A DNA stretch of 64,000 bases from an uncultured Bacilli bacterium. Lineage in GTDB: Bacteria; Bacillota_I; Bacilli_A; RFN20; CAG-631. Positions 1 to 9,875 of the stretch are shown one piece after another. The DNA is taken from NCBI GenBank assembly GCA_934201705.1, contig CAKPXF010000010.1, positions 19,256-83,255 on the forward strand, given 5' to 3'. The notes beneath the pieces were generated by a model. The model saw nothing but the letters and a program-made list of their open reading frames with translations, made no database searches and had not been told where the DNA came from. A program made the translations under genes and the position numbers. Positions within the stretch are counted from its first letter, which is position 1. Each line of letters begins with the position of its first letter.

Positions 1-994
1 TAATATCTGCTTTTTTATTAGTGTTATCACTATTAATGTTAATAAAATCATAAAATTTCTTTAATAATGCAGTTGATTTATGAATGTTTATATACATAGA
101 AATTATATTAACACTTATTGAAATTAATTTAAAAAAAGCAACAGAATAAGTAATAAAACTAGCTAGGTTTATAGTATTTATTGAATATAAATAAATTGTA
201 TAGCCATAAACTACTAAAAGTTGAATAAAAAGTAAAAGACTTATAATAAGGTTTGACTTATTATATTTCTTTAAATACTTTATCATGATTTTATAATTTT
301 CATCATTGCATTTATCTAGCTTATTAACAATATAGTCTTGTAAATTATATGATCTTACTTCCTTGGCAAAGCTTTTTTCAGGCAACCAAAAACGAGCATA
401 ATTTATTTTTCTACCCATTACATTATCATCATCAAATTCTTCTATTTCAGTTTTACTATTTTTAATATTTATAACACTATAAATAATAATTAATAAAATT
501 ATTATAATTTTAAATATATAATTTATTTCTTTAAATAAATATAATAAACCAAAAAATGAAATTAATGATGAAATTATATTTATTATATTATCAATTGTTG
601 ATTCAATAACACCTTGTGCTATACAAGTTCTAGCAGCTTCAAGTTTAATAAGTGTATTAGTGTTTTCTAATTCTTGATAATTTATTTCAATACTTTTTTC
701 ATATAATTTCTGATACAATTCAATTTTAATTTTTTCATAGCTTTCATTTTTTTTAGATGATAATATTTTATTAAATGAAAAAATTAATAATTCAAGTGCA
801 ACAAAGGCAATCACTAAATAAATGGCTTTTTTGCTTTCTTTATTTTGTAAGAAATTTATTAAATATCCAGGAAATAAAGTGGTAATAAAAATACTTGTAA
901 TTGAAAGTAGTTGTATTAAAAAGATATAAATGTAAATTTGCCATTTATACTTAAAAACAATAATGAAGTTTTTAATAAAAATATTTTTCTTCAT
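1..994 (-). CDS. ABC-type exporter, N-terminal transmembrane domain (partial; the C-terminal ATPase half lies beyond the window start)
   Basis: Hand translation of the minus strand gives an ORF with no stop before position 1. It starts MKKNIFIKNF at an ATG at 994-992 preceded by AAAGGGA. About six hydrophobic helices over roughly 330 aa, as in ABC_membrane-type TMDs. It is missing from the ORF track only because it is truncated by the window edge. Confidence 0.45.
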   Translation of the reverse strand, partial: MKKNIFIKNFIIVFKYKWQIYIYIFLIQLLSITSIFITTLFPGYLINFLQNKESKKAIYLVIAFVALELLIFSFNKILSSKKNESYEKIKIELYQKLYEKSIEINYQELENTNTLIKLEAARTCIAQGVIESTIDNIINIISSLISFFGLLYLFKEINYIFKIIIILLIIIYSVINIKNSKTEIEEFDDDNVMGRKINYARFWLPEKSFAKEVRSYNLQDYIVNKLDKCNDENYKIMIKYLKKYNKSNLIISLLLFIQLLVVYGYTIYLYSINTINLASFITYSVAFFKLISISVNIISMYINIHKSTALLKKFYDFININSDNTNKKADI

Positions 995-1180
995 AAAATT
1001 TATTCCCTTTAATAAGATTTTGAAAACTACACATACATTTTAGCATAAAGAGTAATAAATTAAAAAGGAAAATAATTATTCAAAGTATTGCAAAATTAAA
1101 ATGATACCCTATTGCAATAAAATAATTATTTTGAATTATTAAATTAATAATGGTATAATCATACAAAAGAGGATGTAAGA

Positions 1181-2344
1181 ATGGAAATATTTAAAAGCTA
1201 TAAAGATAATATCTTAAATATCAATTTAAAAGGAATTGTTAATAATTCTAAGGTTTTAGAATTATCTTTATTGCTTAAGGATTTACCATCTTTAGATACT
1301 AAAGCAATTATTATTGATGTTTTAAAATTAAGTTATATTAATAAAGAGGGGCTTGATGCTTTATATGCATTAAAGCAAAAAGTAAATATTCCTTTTAAAA
1401 TTATTAATGTTTCACTTGATATAAAAAAGCTACTTGATGAATATAAGTTGTTTAACGAAGAAGAAATAAAGCTTCTTTTACGACCAATTGATATAAATGA
1501 AGCTAATTTAATTGGCAAGGGAAGCTGTGGAGAATGCTATAGAATTGATGATAAAACAATTGTTAAATTATACTATAGTAATATAACAAACAAGCAAATA
1601 GAAGAAGAACAAGAATTATCAAAGAAAGCATTTATACTTGGAATACCAACAGCTATTTCTTATGATATTGTAACCTATAAGGAAAGAAAAGGTATAATTT
1701 ATGAGCTTATAAAAGCTAAATCACTAACTGAGCTTATAAGAACTGATAAAGAAAACATTGATTATTATATTGATGTTTATGCTAAAACATGTAAAAAGAT
1801 TCATAGCATCAGCATTAAAGATATTATATTACCAAGCTATAAGCAAATATTTAAAAATTGGGTTTTAAAAATATCACCAGAATATGATTTATATAAGGGA
1901 TCTCTTTTAAAGCTTATTGATAAGATAGATGATAGTAAAACATGTATTCACGGTGATTTAATAACTAATAATATAATGCTTTATAATGATGAAGGAATAA
2001 TTATTGATATGGGAGAATTTTCATATGGTAATTATATTTTTGATTTGGCAAATATATTGTTTTCATTAAAATATGTTAATGCTAAGCAAGATTATAGTGA
2101 TTTTTATGGCTTAGATACTAAAACACTAAATTATATTTTAAATGAATTATTTAAAAAATACTTTAATGTTAATGATATTAATGAAATAGAAAAAATAGCA
2201 AATAGTAAATATATAAAACCACTTGCTATTTTAAGATATATAACAGCTTATTTAAGAGATGATATTGATAATTCAAGTAAAAAGGAATATGCAAATTATT
2301 TATTATTAAATGAATTAATACCATTTATTAATAAAAATATATAG
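1181..2344 (+). CDS. STAS (anti-sigma-factor-antagonist-like) domain fused to an aminoglycoside-phosphotransferase/choline-kinase-like kinase domain
   Basis: The first ~100 aa resemble SpoIIAA/STAS (IIIDVLKLSYINKEGLDALYALKQ). A Gly-rich loop LIGKGSCGECYRI follows, then the Brenner-like motif IHGDLITNNIML and the DFG-like IIDMGEF typical of the APH/ChoK fold. Confidence 0.5.
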   Translation: MEIFKSYKDNILNINLKGIVNNSKVLELSLLLKDLPSLDTKAIIIDVLKLSYINKEGLDALYALKQKVNIPFKIINVSLDIKKLLDEYKLFNEEEIKLLLRPIDINEANLIGKGSCGECYRIDDKTIVKLYYSNITNKQIEEEQELSKKAFILGIPTAISYDIVTYKERKGIIYELIKAKSLTELIRTDKENIDYYIDVYAKTCKKIHSISIKDIILPSYKQIFKNWVLKISPEYDLYKGSLLKLIDKIDDSKTCIHGDLITNNIMLYNDEGIIIDMGEFSYGNYIFDLANILFSLKYVNAKQDYSDFYGLDTKTLNYILNELFKKYFNVNDINEIEKIANSKYIKPLAILRYITAYLRDDIDNSSKKEYANYLLLNELIPFINKNI

Positions 2345-2764
2345 AAATAAAATGCTTTTTAAATAAGTTTTATAAGAAATTCGGAGCGACTTTTCGTTTG
2401 GACTCTCAATTTTAAAAATAAAAACTTAGCAAAAAAGACTAATAGTGCTATTAATTATAAATTAAAAAATAGTATAAATAAATGAAAATAATGGTTATTT
2501 GCTTGATCATATGTTACTGTTGTTTTTATTTTCTAAGAAATTGTATGTTAAATAAAATAAAAGTAAAAAGGCCGAAATTAAGGCGTATAGAAATAACCAA
2601 TAAGAAAAAAATCAATCTGTTTTAGTTAATCATTTGAGGTACTATCTTAGTAGCGTGTAATTAATATAAATGTAGCAGCCGTAAATTATATAAGGAAAGT
2701 TAAAAAGCGCAATCATTTTGTGAATAAACATTTGTTATTTAATGATTTTTTAAAATAAATGTGC

Positions 2765-3262
2765 TTAATCCTTCTTTTCTTTTTCTAATTCTTTTATAAT
2801 CTTTTTTTGATTTTCAAGTATTAAATCAATCTTTTTATATAAATCATCAATAATTAATTCATTTTTAAGATTAATTTTATAATCATTTAAAGCACGTTTT
2901 CTATCTTTTGCTTCTTGTCTATTTTGACTCATCATAATTAATGGTGCTTGAATTGCAGCAATACATGATAAAACTAAATTTAGCAAAATAAATGGGTAAG
3001 CATCAAATGCATTAGTAGCAAGTAATATATTTAAAACCATCCAAACAACCATAATTGCCACAAAGCTAAATATAAAAGCCCAGCTACCTGCAAAGGATGC
3101 AACAGCGTCAGCAGCTTTTTGCCCAAATGATATCTTTTCATCATCCTTTGTAGTTATTTTAGTATTTGTTAATTGCCTAATTAATTCTTCATCAGTAAAT
3201 TCACTATCTGTATTATTTAATAAGTCTTTGATTATTTTCTTTCTATCCTTTAATTCGTTCAT
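2765..3262 (-). CDS. DUF1003-family small membrane protein
   Basis: FGQKAADAVASFAGSWAFIFSFVAIMVVWMVLNI with two TM helices and a C-terminal charged coiled region, the pattern of DUF1003 proteins. Confidence 0.5.
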   Translation of the reverse strand: MNELKDRKKIIKDLLNNTDSEFTDEELIRQLTNTKITTKDDEKISFGQKAADAVASFAGSWAFIFSFVAIMVVWMVLNILLATNAFDAYPFILLNLVLSCIAAIQAPLIMMSQNRQEAKDRKRALNDYKINLKNELIIDDLYKKIDLILENQKKIIKELEKEKKD

Positions 3263-3450
3263 ATTTCTATATCTCCTATATAAACTATTATATATTATAA
3301 TTTTAAAATTAAAATAATGTGAATGTAAAGAAAATGTAAGAAATTTACTAGAAAATTGCTTTTATAGTAAGATTAATGTAAAATAAGAACAAGTTTGCTT
3401 TAGGAAAGCTAAAGTACGAATAGCAAGCTTGAAAAAATAGGAGAATAACT

Positions 3451-5052
3451 ATGTCGATAACAAATGTCTTAACTTTAGTTGGTGGTTTAGCATTATTTTT
3501 ATTAGGTATGAATTCAATGGGTGATGGCCTTGAAAAATCTTGTGGCGACAAAATGAAAAAGATTTTAGAAAAACTAACATCCAATAGATTTATTGGTGTA
3601 TTAGTTGGTATGTTTATTACAATGATTATTCAATCATCATCAGCAACAACAGTCATGGTTGTAGGATTTGTAAATGCTTCAATGATGAGCTTAACGCAAG
3701 CAGTATGGGTAATAATGGGCGCTAATATAGGTACTACAATAACAGGGCAATTAGTAGCTTTAGATATTGGATGGATTGCTCCATTGTTTGCTTTCATAGG
3801 CGTTATTATGATGCTTTTTATTAAAAATATCAAAGCAAATGAAATAGGTAAGGTATTATGTGGTTTTGGCGTTTTATTTATAGGACTTAATATGATGAGT
3901 TCCTCAATGGCACCATTAAGAGAAAATGAGGCTTTTATAGGCTTAATGAGTAAATTTTCAAATCCATTACTTGGAATATTAATTGGTCTTGTATTTACAG
4001 CAATTATTCAATCCTCATCAGCCTCAGTTGCAATACTTCAAGCTTTGGCAATTAGTGGTGTTGTTAGCTTAGATAGTGCTGTATATATCTTATTTGGTCA
4101 AAATATTGGTACATGTGCTACAGCACTTTTAGCCTCAATTGGAACAAATAGAGCAGCTAAAAGAACAATGCTAATACATTTAATTTTTAATGTTTTAGGC
4201 ACAACTATGTTTACAATTATTTGTATGCTTACACCACTTACTAGCTTTGTTAGTAATCTAACGCCTAGTAATGGTGCTCAACAAATTGCTAATATGCATA
4301 CGTTATTTAATGTTACAACAACATTAGTTTTATTACCATTTGGTAAACCATTAGTAAAGCTTACAGAAAAAATACTTCCAGATAAAGAAGTTAAAAAGGA
4401 AGAAATATTTATGTATTTGAATAATGACATTGATTTAAATGTCGGTGGAAGTGCTCTTTATCTTGAAAGTACAAGGCTTGAAGTTGAAAGAATGTATAAT
4501 TTAACAAAAGAAAACGTTATTAAAAGCTTTGATTATTTACTAAATAATTTCAACAATGGAAAAGAAATATTAGATACTGAGGATTTAGTTGATAAGCTAA
4601 ATGAAGGTATTAGTAAGCATATAACTCATTGTTTAACTCATGAAGGCAATGCTAATATTAATGAAGCCTATAGTGCTTATTTAACTATTTGTACAAATGT
4701 TGAAAGATTATGTGACCATTCAACGAATTTTTACGAGCATGCGATGGAATTTAAAAATAAACATGTAGTTTTAAATGAAAATGTTATAAACGAAATAGAA
4801 GCTATGAAGGATGTATGTATTTCACTTTTTGATAAAGCAGATAAAAAAGGATTAGTAGATGAAGTATCTAATCTTGAAGAAAAAACTGATAATATGACAA
4901 AAGAATATCGTGTGAACATGCTAAAAAGGTTACAAAATGGCATTTGTACATCTGAAGGCTCAATTATATATTCTGAAATATTAATTGATTTTGAAAGAGT
5001 TGGCGACCATTTATTAAATGTTAGTGAAAACTTTAATAAAATAAATGTTTAA
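3451..5052 (+). CDS. Na+/phosphate cotransporter family protein (NptA/YjbB-like) with C-terminal PhoU-like domain
   Basis: Duplicated Na_Pi_cotrans motifs (QSSSATTVMVVG ... QSSSASVAILQA), about 8 TM helices, and a C-terminal soluble helical domain. Confidence 0.8.
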   Translation: MSITNVLTLVGGLALFLLGMNSMGDGLEKSCGDKMKKILEKLTSNRFIGVLVGMFITMIIQSSSATTVMVVGFVNASMMSLTQAVWVIMGANIGTTITGQLVALDIGWIAPLFAFIGVIMMLFIKNIKANEIGKVLCGFGVLFIGLNMMSSSMAPLRENEAFIGLMSKFSNPLLGILIGLVFTAIIQSSSASVAILQALAISGVVSLDSAVYILFGQNIGTCATALLASIGTNRAAKRTMLIHLIFNVLGTTMFTIICMLTPLTSFVSNLTPSNGAQQIANMHTLFNVTTTLVLLPFGKPLVKLTEKILPDKEVKKEEIFMYLNNDIDLNVGGSALYLESTRLEVERMYNLTKENVIKSFDYLLNNFNNGKEILDTEDLVDKLNEGISKHITHCLTHEGNANINEAYSAYLTICTNVERLCDHSTNFYEHAMEFKNKHVVLNENVINEIEAMKDVCISLFDKADKKGLVDEVSNLEEKTDNMTKEYRVNMLKRLQNGICTSEGSIIYSEILIDFERVGDHLLNVSENFNKINV

Positions 5053-5107
5053 TTAACATTGCAATGAGAAATAAATAGTGTTAAAATTTTATTGCGCTAA
5101 GGGAGTA

Positions 5108-5252
5108 GATGGCCTTAATAGGTTATAGCTTTCGACATCACGATGAATAATTCATCCGGAAGCTAGATGTAACATCAAGACTTAGATATAGAAATACTAT
5201 ATCTGTCTTGGATAAATATTTAAAGACAGGCAAAAATGCTTGTTTTTTCTTT
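5108..5252 (+). ncRNA. Structured 5-prime leader of the P-type ATPase gene: candidate yybP-ykoY-like (Mn2+) riboswitch with terminator-like expression platform
   Basis: A GGGAGUAG motif at 5101-5108 resembles the conserved L1 loop of yybP-ykoY. An 8-bp stem 5127-5134/5156-5163 encloses the palindrome gatgaat-a-attcatc. A 14-bp imperfect hairpin lies at 5176-5210. The hairpin caggc-aaaat-gcttg is followed by TTTTTTCTTT at 5228-5250, directly before the AAAGGAGG SD. Family assignment is from memory of the motif only. Confidence 0.3.
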
Positions 5253-5270
5253 AAAGGAGGATGAATATTT

Positions 5271-8024
5271 ATGAATGAAAAATTTGAGTGCTTAGGCGTT
5301 AAAGAATGTGAAGAAAAATTAAAAACTAATCAAAGTAGTGGCTTAAGCCAAGAAGAAGCAGAAAAAAGATTACAGGAAAATGGTAAGAATGAATTGGTTG
5401 AAAAAAAGAAAAAATCATGGATTAGTATCTTTTTTGCACAATTAAACGATCCAATGATTTTCGTTTTATTTGCAGCCATTGCTGTAACTATTGGTGTTTC
5501 AATTTACGATACTATTAAGGTAATTAAAGAGGGCGGATCATTTTCATTTACTCAAACTGGAGACTGGCCTGATGTTATTATTATTTTGGCTGTAATTATA
5601 ATAAATGCAATTATTGGTACAATTCAAGAAATTAAAGCTCAAAATTCACTTGATGCTTTAAAGAGAATGTCATCGCCATTAAGCTTAGTTATAAGAGATG
5701 GTAAAAAGCAAAAAGTTAAATCATCTGATTTAGTAGTTGGTGATGTTATTGTTTTAGAAGAGGGCGATACAATAGGGGCTGATATTAGATTAGTTGAAGC
5801 AATTAATTTAAAGGTTAATGAATCATCATTAACAGGTGAATCAGTTCCAGTTTTAAAGAAAAGTGATGTTGTTTTTACAAGTGATGTAGGAATTGGCGAT
5901 AGAGTCAATTGTGCTTATATGTCAACAAACGTTTCCTATGGTAGAGGAAAGGGCATTGTAATTAGTACTGGTATGGATACACAAATTGGTAAAATTGCCA
6001 CATCTATTGATAATGAAGAGGATGAACTTACTCCACTTCAAAAGGTTTTAGCAAAGCTATCAAAGGTGCTTGGGATTTTAACCTTAGCAATAGTTGTATT
6101 AGTTTTACTTGTTGATATTATTTGGATTTTTGTTGATGGCAAGCAATTATTAATAGAAGCTTATATTGAAGCAGTATTGTCATCTATTTCACTAGCAGTT
6201 GCAGCAATTCCTGAAGGCTTGCCGGCAGTTGTAACAATAGTTTTAGCTATTGGCGTTCAAAGAATGGTAAAGGCTAATACAATAGTTAGAAAATTACCAA
6301 GCGTTGAAACACTAGGGGCTGTAAGTGTTGTATGCTCTGATAAAACAGGCACATTAACTCAAAATAAAATGACTGTTTTAGAGGCTTATGTAAATAATAC
6401 TATTTATAATGAAAATGATTTTAATAAGAAATCAGATAATAATGAATTAAAGCTTTTAGCTAAAGGAATGAGCTTATGCTCAAATGCTGCTGTTGATGAG
6501 GGTGTATATGGTGATCCAACAGAGATAGCTTTAGTTAACTTTGCAAATGAATTTGGTTTAAATAAAAAAATAATTGAAACAGATGAAAATAGAGTTGATG
6601 AATATCCATTTGATAGTGTTCGTAAAATGATGTCAACAAAGCATCAAAAAGAAAATGGTTATATTGTTTATACAAAAGGTGCCTTAGATAGTATCTTAAA
6701 ATATACAATAAATATTTATGAAAAAGGTAATGTTCGTAAAATAACTAAAGAGGATATCGATAATATTTATAAAGCCAATGCTTATTTTGCTTCAAAGGCC
6801 TTAAGGGTTTTAGCTTTAGCCTATAAAGAAAGTGATGCAATGGATGAAGTAGATTTAACATTTGTTGGACTTGTTGCTATGATAGATCCACCTCGTAAGG
6901 AAGCTCTTCCAGCTGTTTTAAAACTAAAGGAGGCTGGAGTTACTACAGTTATGATTACAGGTGATCATAAGGATACTGCCTATGCTGTTGCAAAAACACT
7001 TCAAATATGTGATGATATTAGTCAATGCTATACAGGTGCTGATGTTGATAAGATGAGTGAAGAACAATTAAAAGAAGTATGCAAAACAGCTCGTGTATTT
7101 GCTCGTGTATCACCAGAAAATAAGGTTTCTATAGTTAAAGCATTTAAAGCACTTGGTAATATTTGTGCAATGACTGGTGATGGAGTTAATGATGCTCCAA
7201 GCTTAAAGGCTGCTGATATTGGTATTGCTATGGGTATTACAGGAACAGATGTTGCAAAAGGCGCTGCTGATATGGTTTTATCAGATGATAACTTCTCTTC
7301 AATTGAAAAAGCTGTTGAAGAAGGAAGAGGTATTTATAGTAACATTAGAAAAACAGTTTTCTTCTTACTTGGAAGTAATATTGCCGAAGTATTAGCTATG
7401 TTTACATTAATTATTATTGGGCTTCCAGCACCATTAATTGCTATCCATTTATTATGGGTAAACTTAATTACTGATTCGCTTCCTGCAATTGCTTTGGGCA
7501 TGCAAAGAAAAGATGAAAACATAATGAAGGATAAGCCTCGTGATCCAAATGCAAGTATTTTTGCTAATGGGGGATTGGCTTTAACTCTTGGCTATGGAGC
7601 TATTATTACAGTTGCAGTTATTATTGCTTATTTTACATGTGGTTGGCTATACAATGTTTATTCACTTAAGGAAATAAAGGAATTATATAGTAATAATCCT
7701 GATATATTACATCAAGCTCAAACAATGGCTTTTACAACATTAGCTTTTAGTGAATTATTCCATATGATTGGTATGAGTAATGTTAAAAAAAGCTTTGTAA
7801 GTGTTTTTAAAAGCAAAAACATTATGCTATTAATTGCCTTTATTTTAGGAATTTCTTTACAATTATTAGTTATTGAAGTTCCAGGAATTAGAGATGTATT
7901 TTCAACTTTCAATTTGAATTTAACTGAATGGATAGTAACAGCAATACTTTCAATTTTACCTTTAATTGCTCATGAAATAGTTGTTTTAGTTTTAAAAATA
8001 AAAGCAAAAAGTAAAAAATCTTAG
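5271..8024 (+). CDS. Cation-transporting P-type ATPase, P2 (Ca2+/Mn2+) type
   Basis: Motifs CSDKTGTLTQN, TGDHKDTA, TGDGVNDAPSLKAADIGIAMG, 10 TM helices, and an N-terminal cation-ATPase_N motif GLSQEEAEKRL. Confidence 0.85.
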   Translation: MNEKFECLGVKECEEKLKTNQSSGLSQEEAEKRLQENGKNELVEKKKKSWISIFFAQLNDPMIFVLFAAIAVTIGVSIYDTIKVIKEGGSFSFTQTGDWPDVIIILAVIIINAIIGTIQEIKAQNSLDALKRMSSPLSLVIRDGKKQKVKSSDLVVGDVIVLEEGDTIGADIRLVEAINLKVNESSLTGESVPVLKKSDVVFTSDVGIGDRVNCAYMSTNVSYGRGKGIVISTGMDTQIGKIATSIDNEEDELTPLQKVLAKLSKVLGILTLAIVVLVLLVDIIWIFVDGKQLLIEAYIEAVLSSISLAVAAIPEGLPAVVTIVLAIGVQRMVKANTIVRKLPSVETLGAVSVVCSDKTGTLTQNKMTVLEAYVNNTIYNENDFNKKSDNNELKLLAKGMSLCSNAAVDEGVYGDPTEIALVNFANEFGLNKKIIETDENRVDEYPFDSVRKMMSTKHQKENGYIVYTKGALDSILKYTINIYEKGNVRKITKEDIDNIYKANAYFASKALRVLALAYKESDAMDEVDLTFVGLVAMIDPPRKEALPAVLKLKEAGVTTVMITGDHKDTAYAVAKTLQICDDISQCYTGADVDKMSEEQLKEVCKTARVFARVSPENKVSIVKAFKALGNICAMTGDGVNDAPSLKAADIGIAMGITGTDVAKGAADMVLSDDNFSSIEKAVEEGRGIYSNIRKTVFFLLGSNIAEVLAMFTLIIIGLPAPLIAIHLLWVNLITDSLPAIALGMQRKDENIMKDKPRDPNASIFANGGLALTLGYGAIITVAVIIAYFTCGWLYNVYSLKEIKELYSNNPDILHQAQTMAFTTLAFSELFHMIGMSNVKKSFVSVFKSKNIMLLIAFILGISLQLLVIEVPGIRDVFSTFNLNLTEWIVTAILSILPLIAHEIVVLVLKIKAKSKKS

Positions 8025-8047
8025 TTAATGATACTAAGATTTTTTTA
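8018..8047 (+). terminator. Rho-independent terminator after the P-type ATPase gene
   Basis: An 8-bp stem atcttagt/actaagat with a 7-nt loop, followed by a T6-7 run. Confidence 0.6.
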
Positions 8048-8111
8048 ATCTTTATTTTTGTTAAATATAATGTATAATATATTTAAATAAACTTTTATAA
8101 GGAGAAACGCA

Positions 8112-9776
8112 ATGAAAAAGAAAAGTATTCTTGTTTTATCATCAGTACTTGCTTTAGTTAGTTGTAATGCAAATAATGATTCAGTTATTAATAGTAGCGT
8201 AAGTGAAAATGAAGTTAGTGAAACTATTGATTATAGTAATAGAAGGGTTGTTATTATAGGTGTTGATGGTGCAGGACATCAATTTAAAGATGAATTAACA
8301 CCAAAAACGCTAAATATTTTTAAAGATTACGCTACATCGAAAAAAGTCTTAACCTCTAATCCAACCATTAGTGCTCAATGCTGGGGCTCTTTAATGACTG
8401 GAGTTATGCCATCATTTCACGGCTTTACAAATGATTCTGTTAAAGCAAAAGCAAATTCAATATCAGAAAAATATCCTACTATTTTTAAATTAGTTAAAGA
8501 AACATATAACGATGCAACAGTTGCTTCATTTTGCAATTGGAATGCAATTAATGTTGGAATTGTAGAGGATAAAATTGGCGTTTATAAATCAACTTCAAAC
8601 GATGATGATGTTTTAACAGCATCAATAAATACATATTTAAAGGAAAATGACCCAAAATTATTATTTGTACAATTTGATAGTGTTGACCATGCAGGGCATG
8701 AAAGTGGCTATGCAAGTAAAACATATTATGATGCTTTAAAAGCAATTGATAATAATATTGAGGCTGTTTATAATCAATTAGTAGAATTAAATAGAATTGA
8801 GGATACTTTGTTTATCGTAACATCAGATCATGGTGGAATAAATTATTCTCATGGTGGCTTAACAGATATAGAAAAGTATGTCTTTTGTGGAATAAGAAAT
8901 AAAGATATTAATAAAACTGAAATTAAAAATATGAAAGTTAGAGACATCCCGTCTATTGTATCTTATTATTTAAATACTAAAAAAAGTGAGAATTGGGATT
9001 CATTTATTCCCCTTAATTTATTTAAAAGTAATATGAACCCACCACAAAAACAAGATTACGTAATAAACGATGTAGTAATTACTAAAACTCCATTATTAGA
9101 GGCTACTAATGGCATATATAAATATTTTAATAAAGAAGATATTGAAACATATTTGACATTTGATAAAAATGTTGATGATTTAGTATCTAATAATACTGCA
9201 ACTATGGTAAATATACCAATTTATAAAGAAGGCGTATTAGGAGAAGCTTTAAATTTAAATACAGAAAATTACTTAAAGTTGCCTTATTTAAAATTTAAAG
9301 ATGATGAAAGCTTTACTATTTCAACATATTTAAAGGTAAATCACAAAATTATTGAAGGCAATGATCCGGTAATATTTACTAATAAGGATTGGGCATTAGG
9401 AACTAATAAGGGCTTAACAGTTGCTTATAGAAAGGATGATATAAAAATAAGCGTTGGGTCAGGTAAAAACACTAAAAATGAAGCATTCAATCAATATATT
9501 GATAATAATTATGATAACAAATGGTATAGTGTCATAATATCTTATGATAAGGAAAGTAAAACATTATCAACATATATTAATTTTAGTTTAGTAAAGAAAA
9601 TAGATATTACTGGAAGCAATTCTTTTGCTGGCGATTATGATTTTACAATTGGTAACAATTTTGATGGCTTATATAATCAAACATGTGATTTTTTAATTGA
9701 TGATTTCATTAAGTTTAAAAAATCATTTACCGCTAGTGATATTGAAAATTTAAAGCAATATTATATAAATGCTTGA
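8112..9776 (+). CDS. Lipoprotein: ectonucleotide pyrophosphatase/phosphodiesterase (AlkP-superfamily) domain plus C-terminal LamG/ConA-like domain
   Basis: Lipobox LALVSC. ENPP motifs VVIIGVDGAG, TSNPTISAQCWGSLMTGVMPSFHGF, DSVDHAGHESGY, VTSDHGG. The C-terminal ~200 aa are jelly-roll-like (LKLPYLKFKDDESFTISTYLKV...). Confidence 0.6.
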   Translation: MKKKSILVLSSVLALVSCNANNDSVINSSVSENEVSETIDYSNRRVVIIGVDGAGHQFKDELTPKTLNIFKDYATSKKVLTSNPTISAQCWGSLMTGVMPSFHGFTNDSVKAKANSISEKYPTIFKLVKETYNDATVASFCNWNAINVGIVEDKIGVYKSTSNDDDVLTASINTYLKENDPKLLFVQFDSVDHAGHESGYASKTYYDALKAIDNNIEAVYNQLVELNRIEDTLFIVTSDHGGINYSHGGLTDIEKYVFCGIRNKDINKTEIKNMKVRDIPSIVSYYLNTKKSENWDSFIPLNLFKSNMNPPQKQDYVINDVVITKTPLLEATNGIYKYFNKEDIETYLTFDKNVDDLVSNNTATMVNIPIYKEGVLGEALNLNTENYLKLPYLKFKDDESFTISTYLKVNHKIIEGNDPVIFTNKDWALGTNKGLTVAYRKDDIKISVGSGKNTKNEAFNQYIDNNYDNKWYSVIISYDKESKTLSTYINFSLVKKIDITGSNSFAGDYDFTIGNNFDGLYNQTCDFLIDDFIKFKKSFTASDIENLKQYYINA

Positions 9777-9875
9777 TAAATAACAAAAATTTGCATTTAA
9801 TTCTTTAATAGTGATTTGTATATTTATATTTAATAATGTAAAATTATTTTAAATTAATAATAAGGAGTTTATTAT

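Noticed and set aside
1333-1518. Short minus- or plus-strand ORFs embedded in longer annotated genes. Examples: 1333-1518, 3348-3584, 3630-3833, 4731-4943, 5639-5908, 7334-7522, 7718-7912, 8548-8745, 13152-13397, 15696-15884, 16586-16846, 20835-21053, 24892-25221, 27109-27327, 28426-28614, 31373-31576, 32375-32602, 37858-38187, 39583-39864, 40296-40493, 47770-48042, 48963-49181, 49783-50016, 51487-51687, 54189-54473, 59717-59935.
   Set aside because: Each lies wholly inside a longer ORF with clear family motifs and is AT-rich low-complexity (Ile/Phe/Leu/Lys-rich) as expected from antisense or out-of-frame reading of AT-rich DNA. None has an RBS or a recognisable motif.
5053-5270. M-box (Mg2+) riboswitch as an alternative identity for the ATPase leader.
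   Set aside because: M-box leaders are typically longer (~160 nt core) with characteristic conserved segments that I could not find by eye. The GGGAGUAG element fits yybP-ykoY better. Left as a riboswitch candidate pending a covariance-model search.
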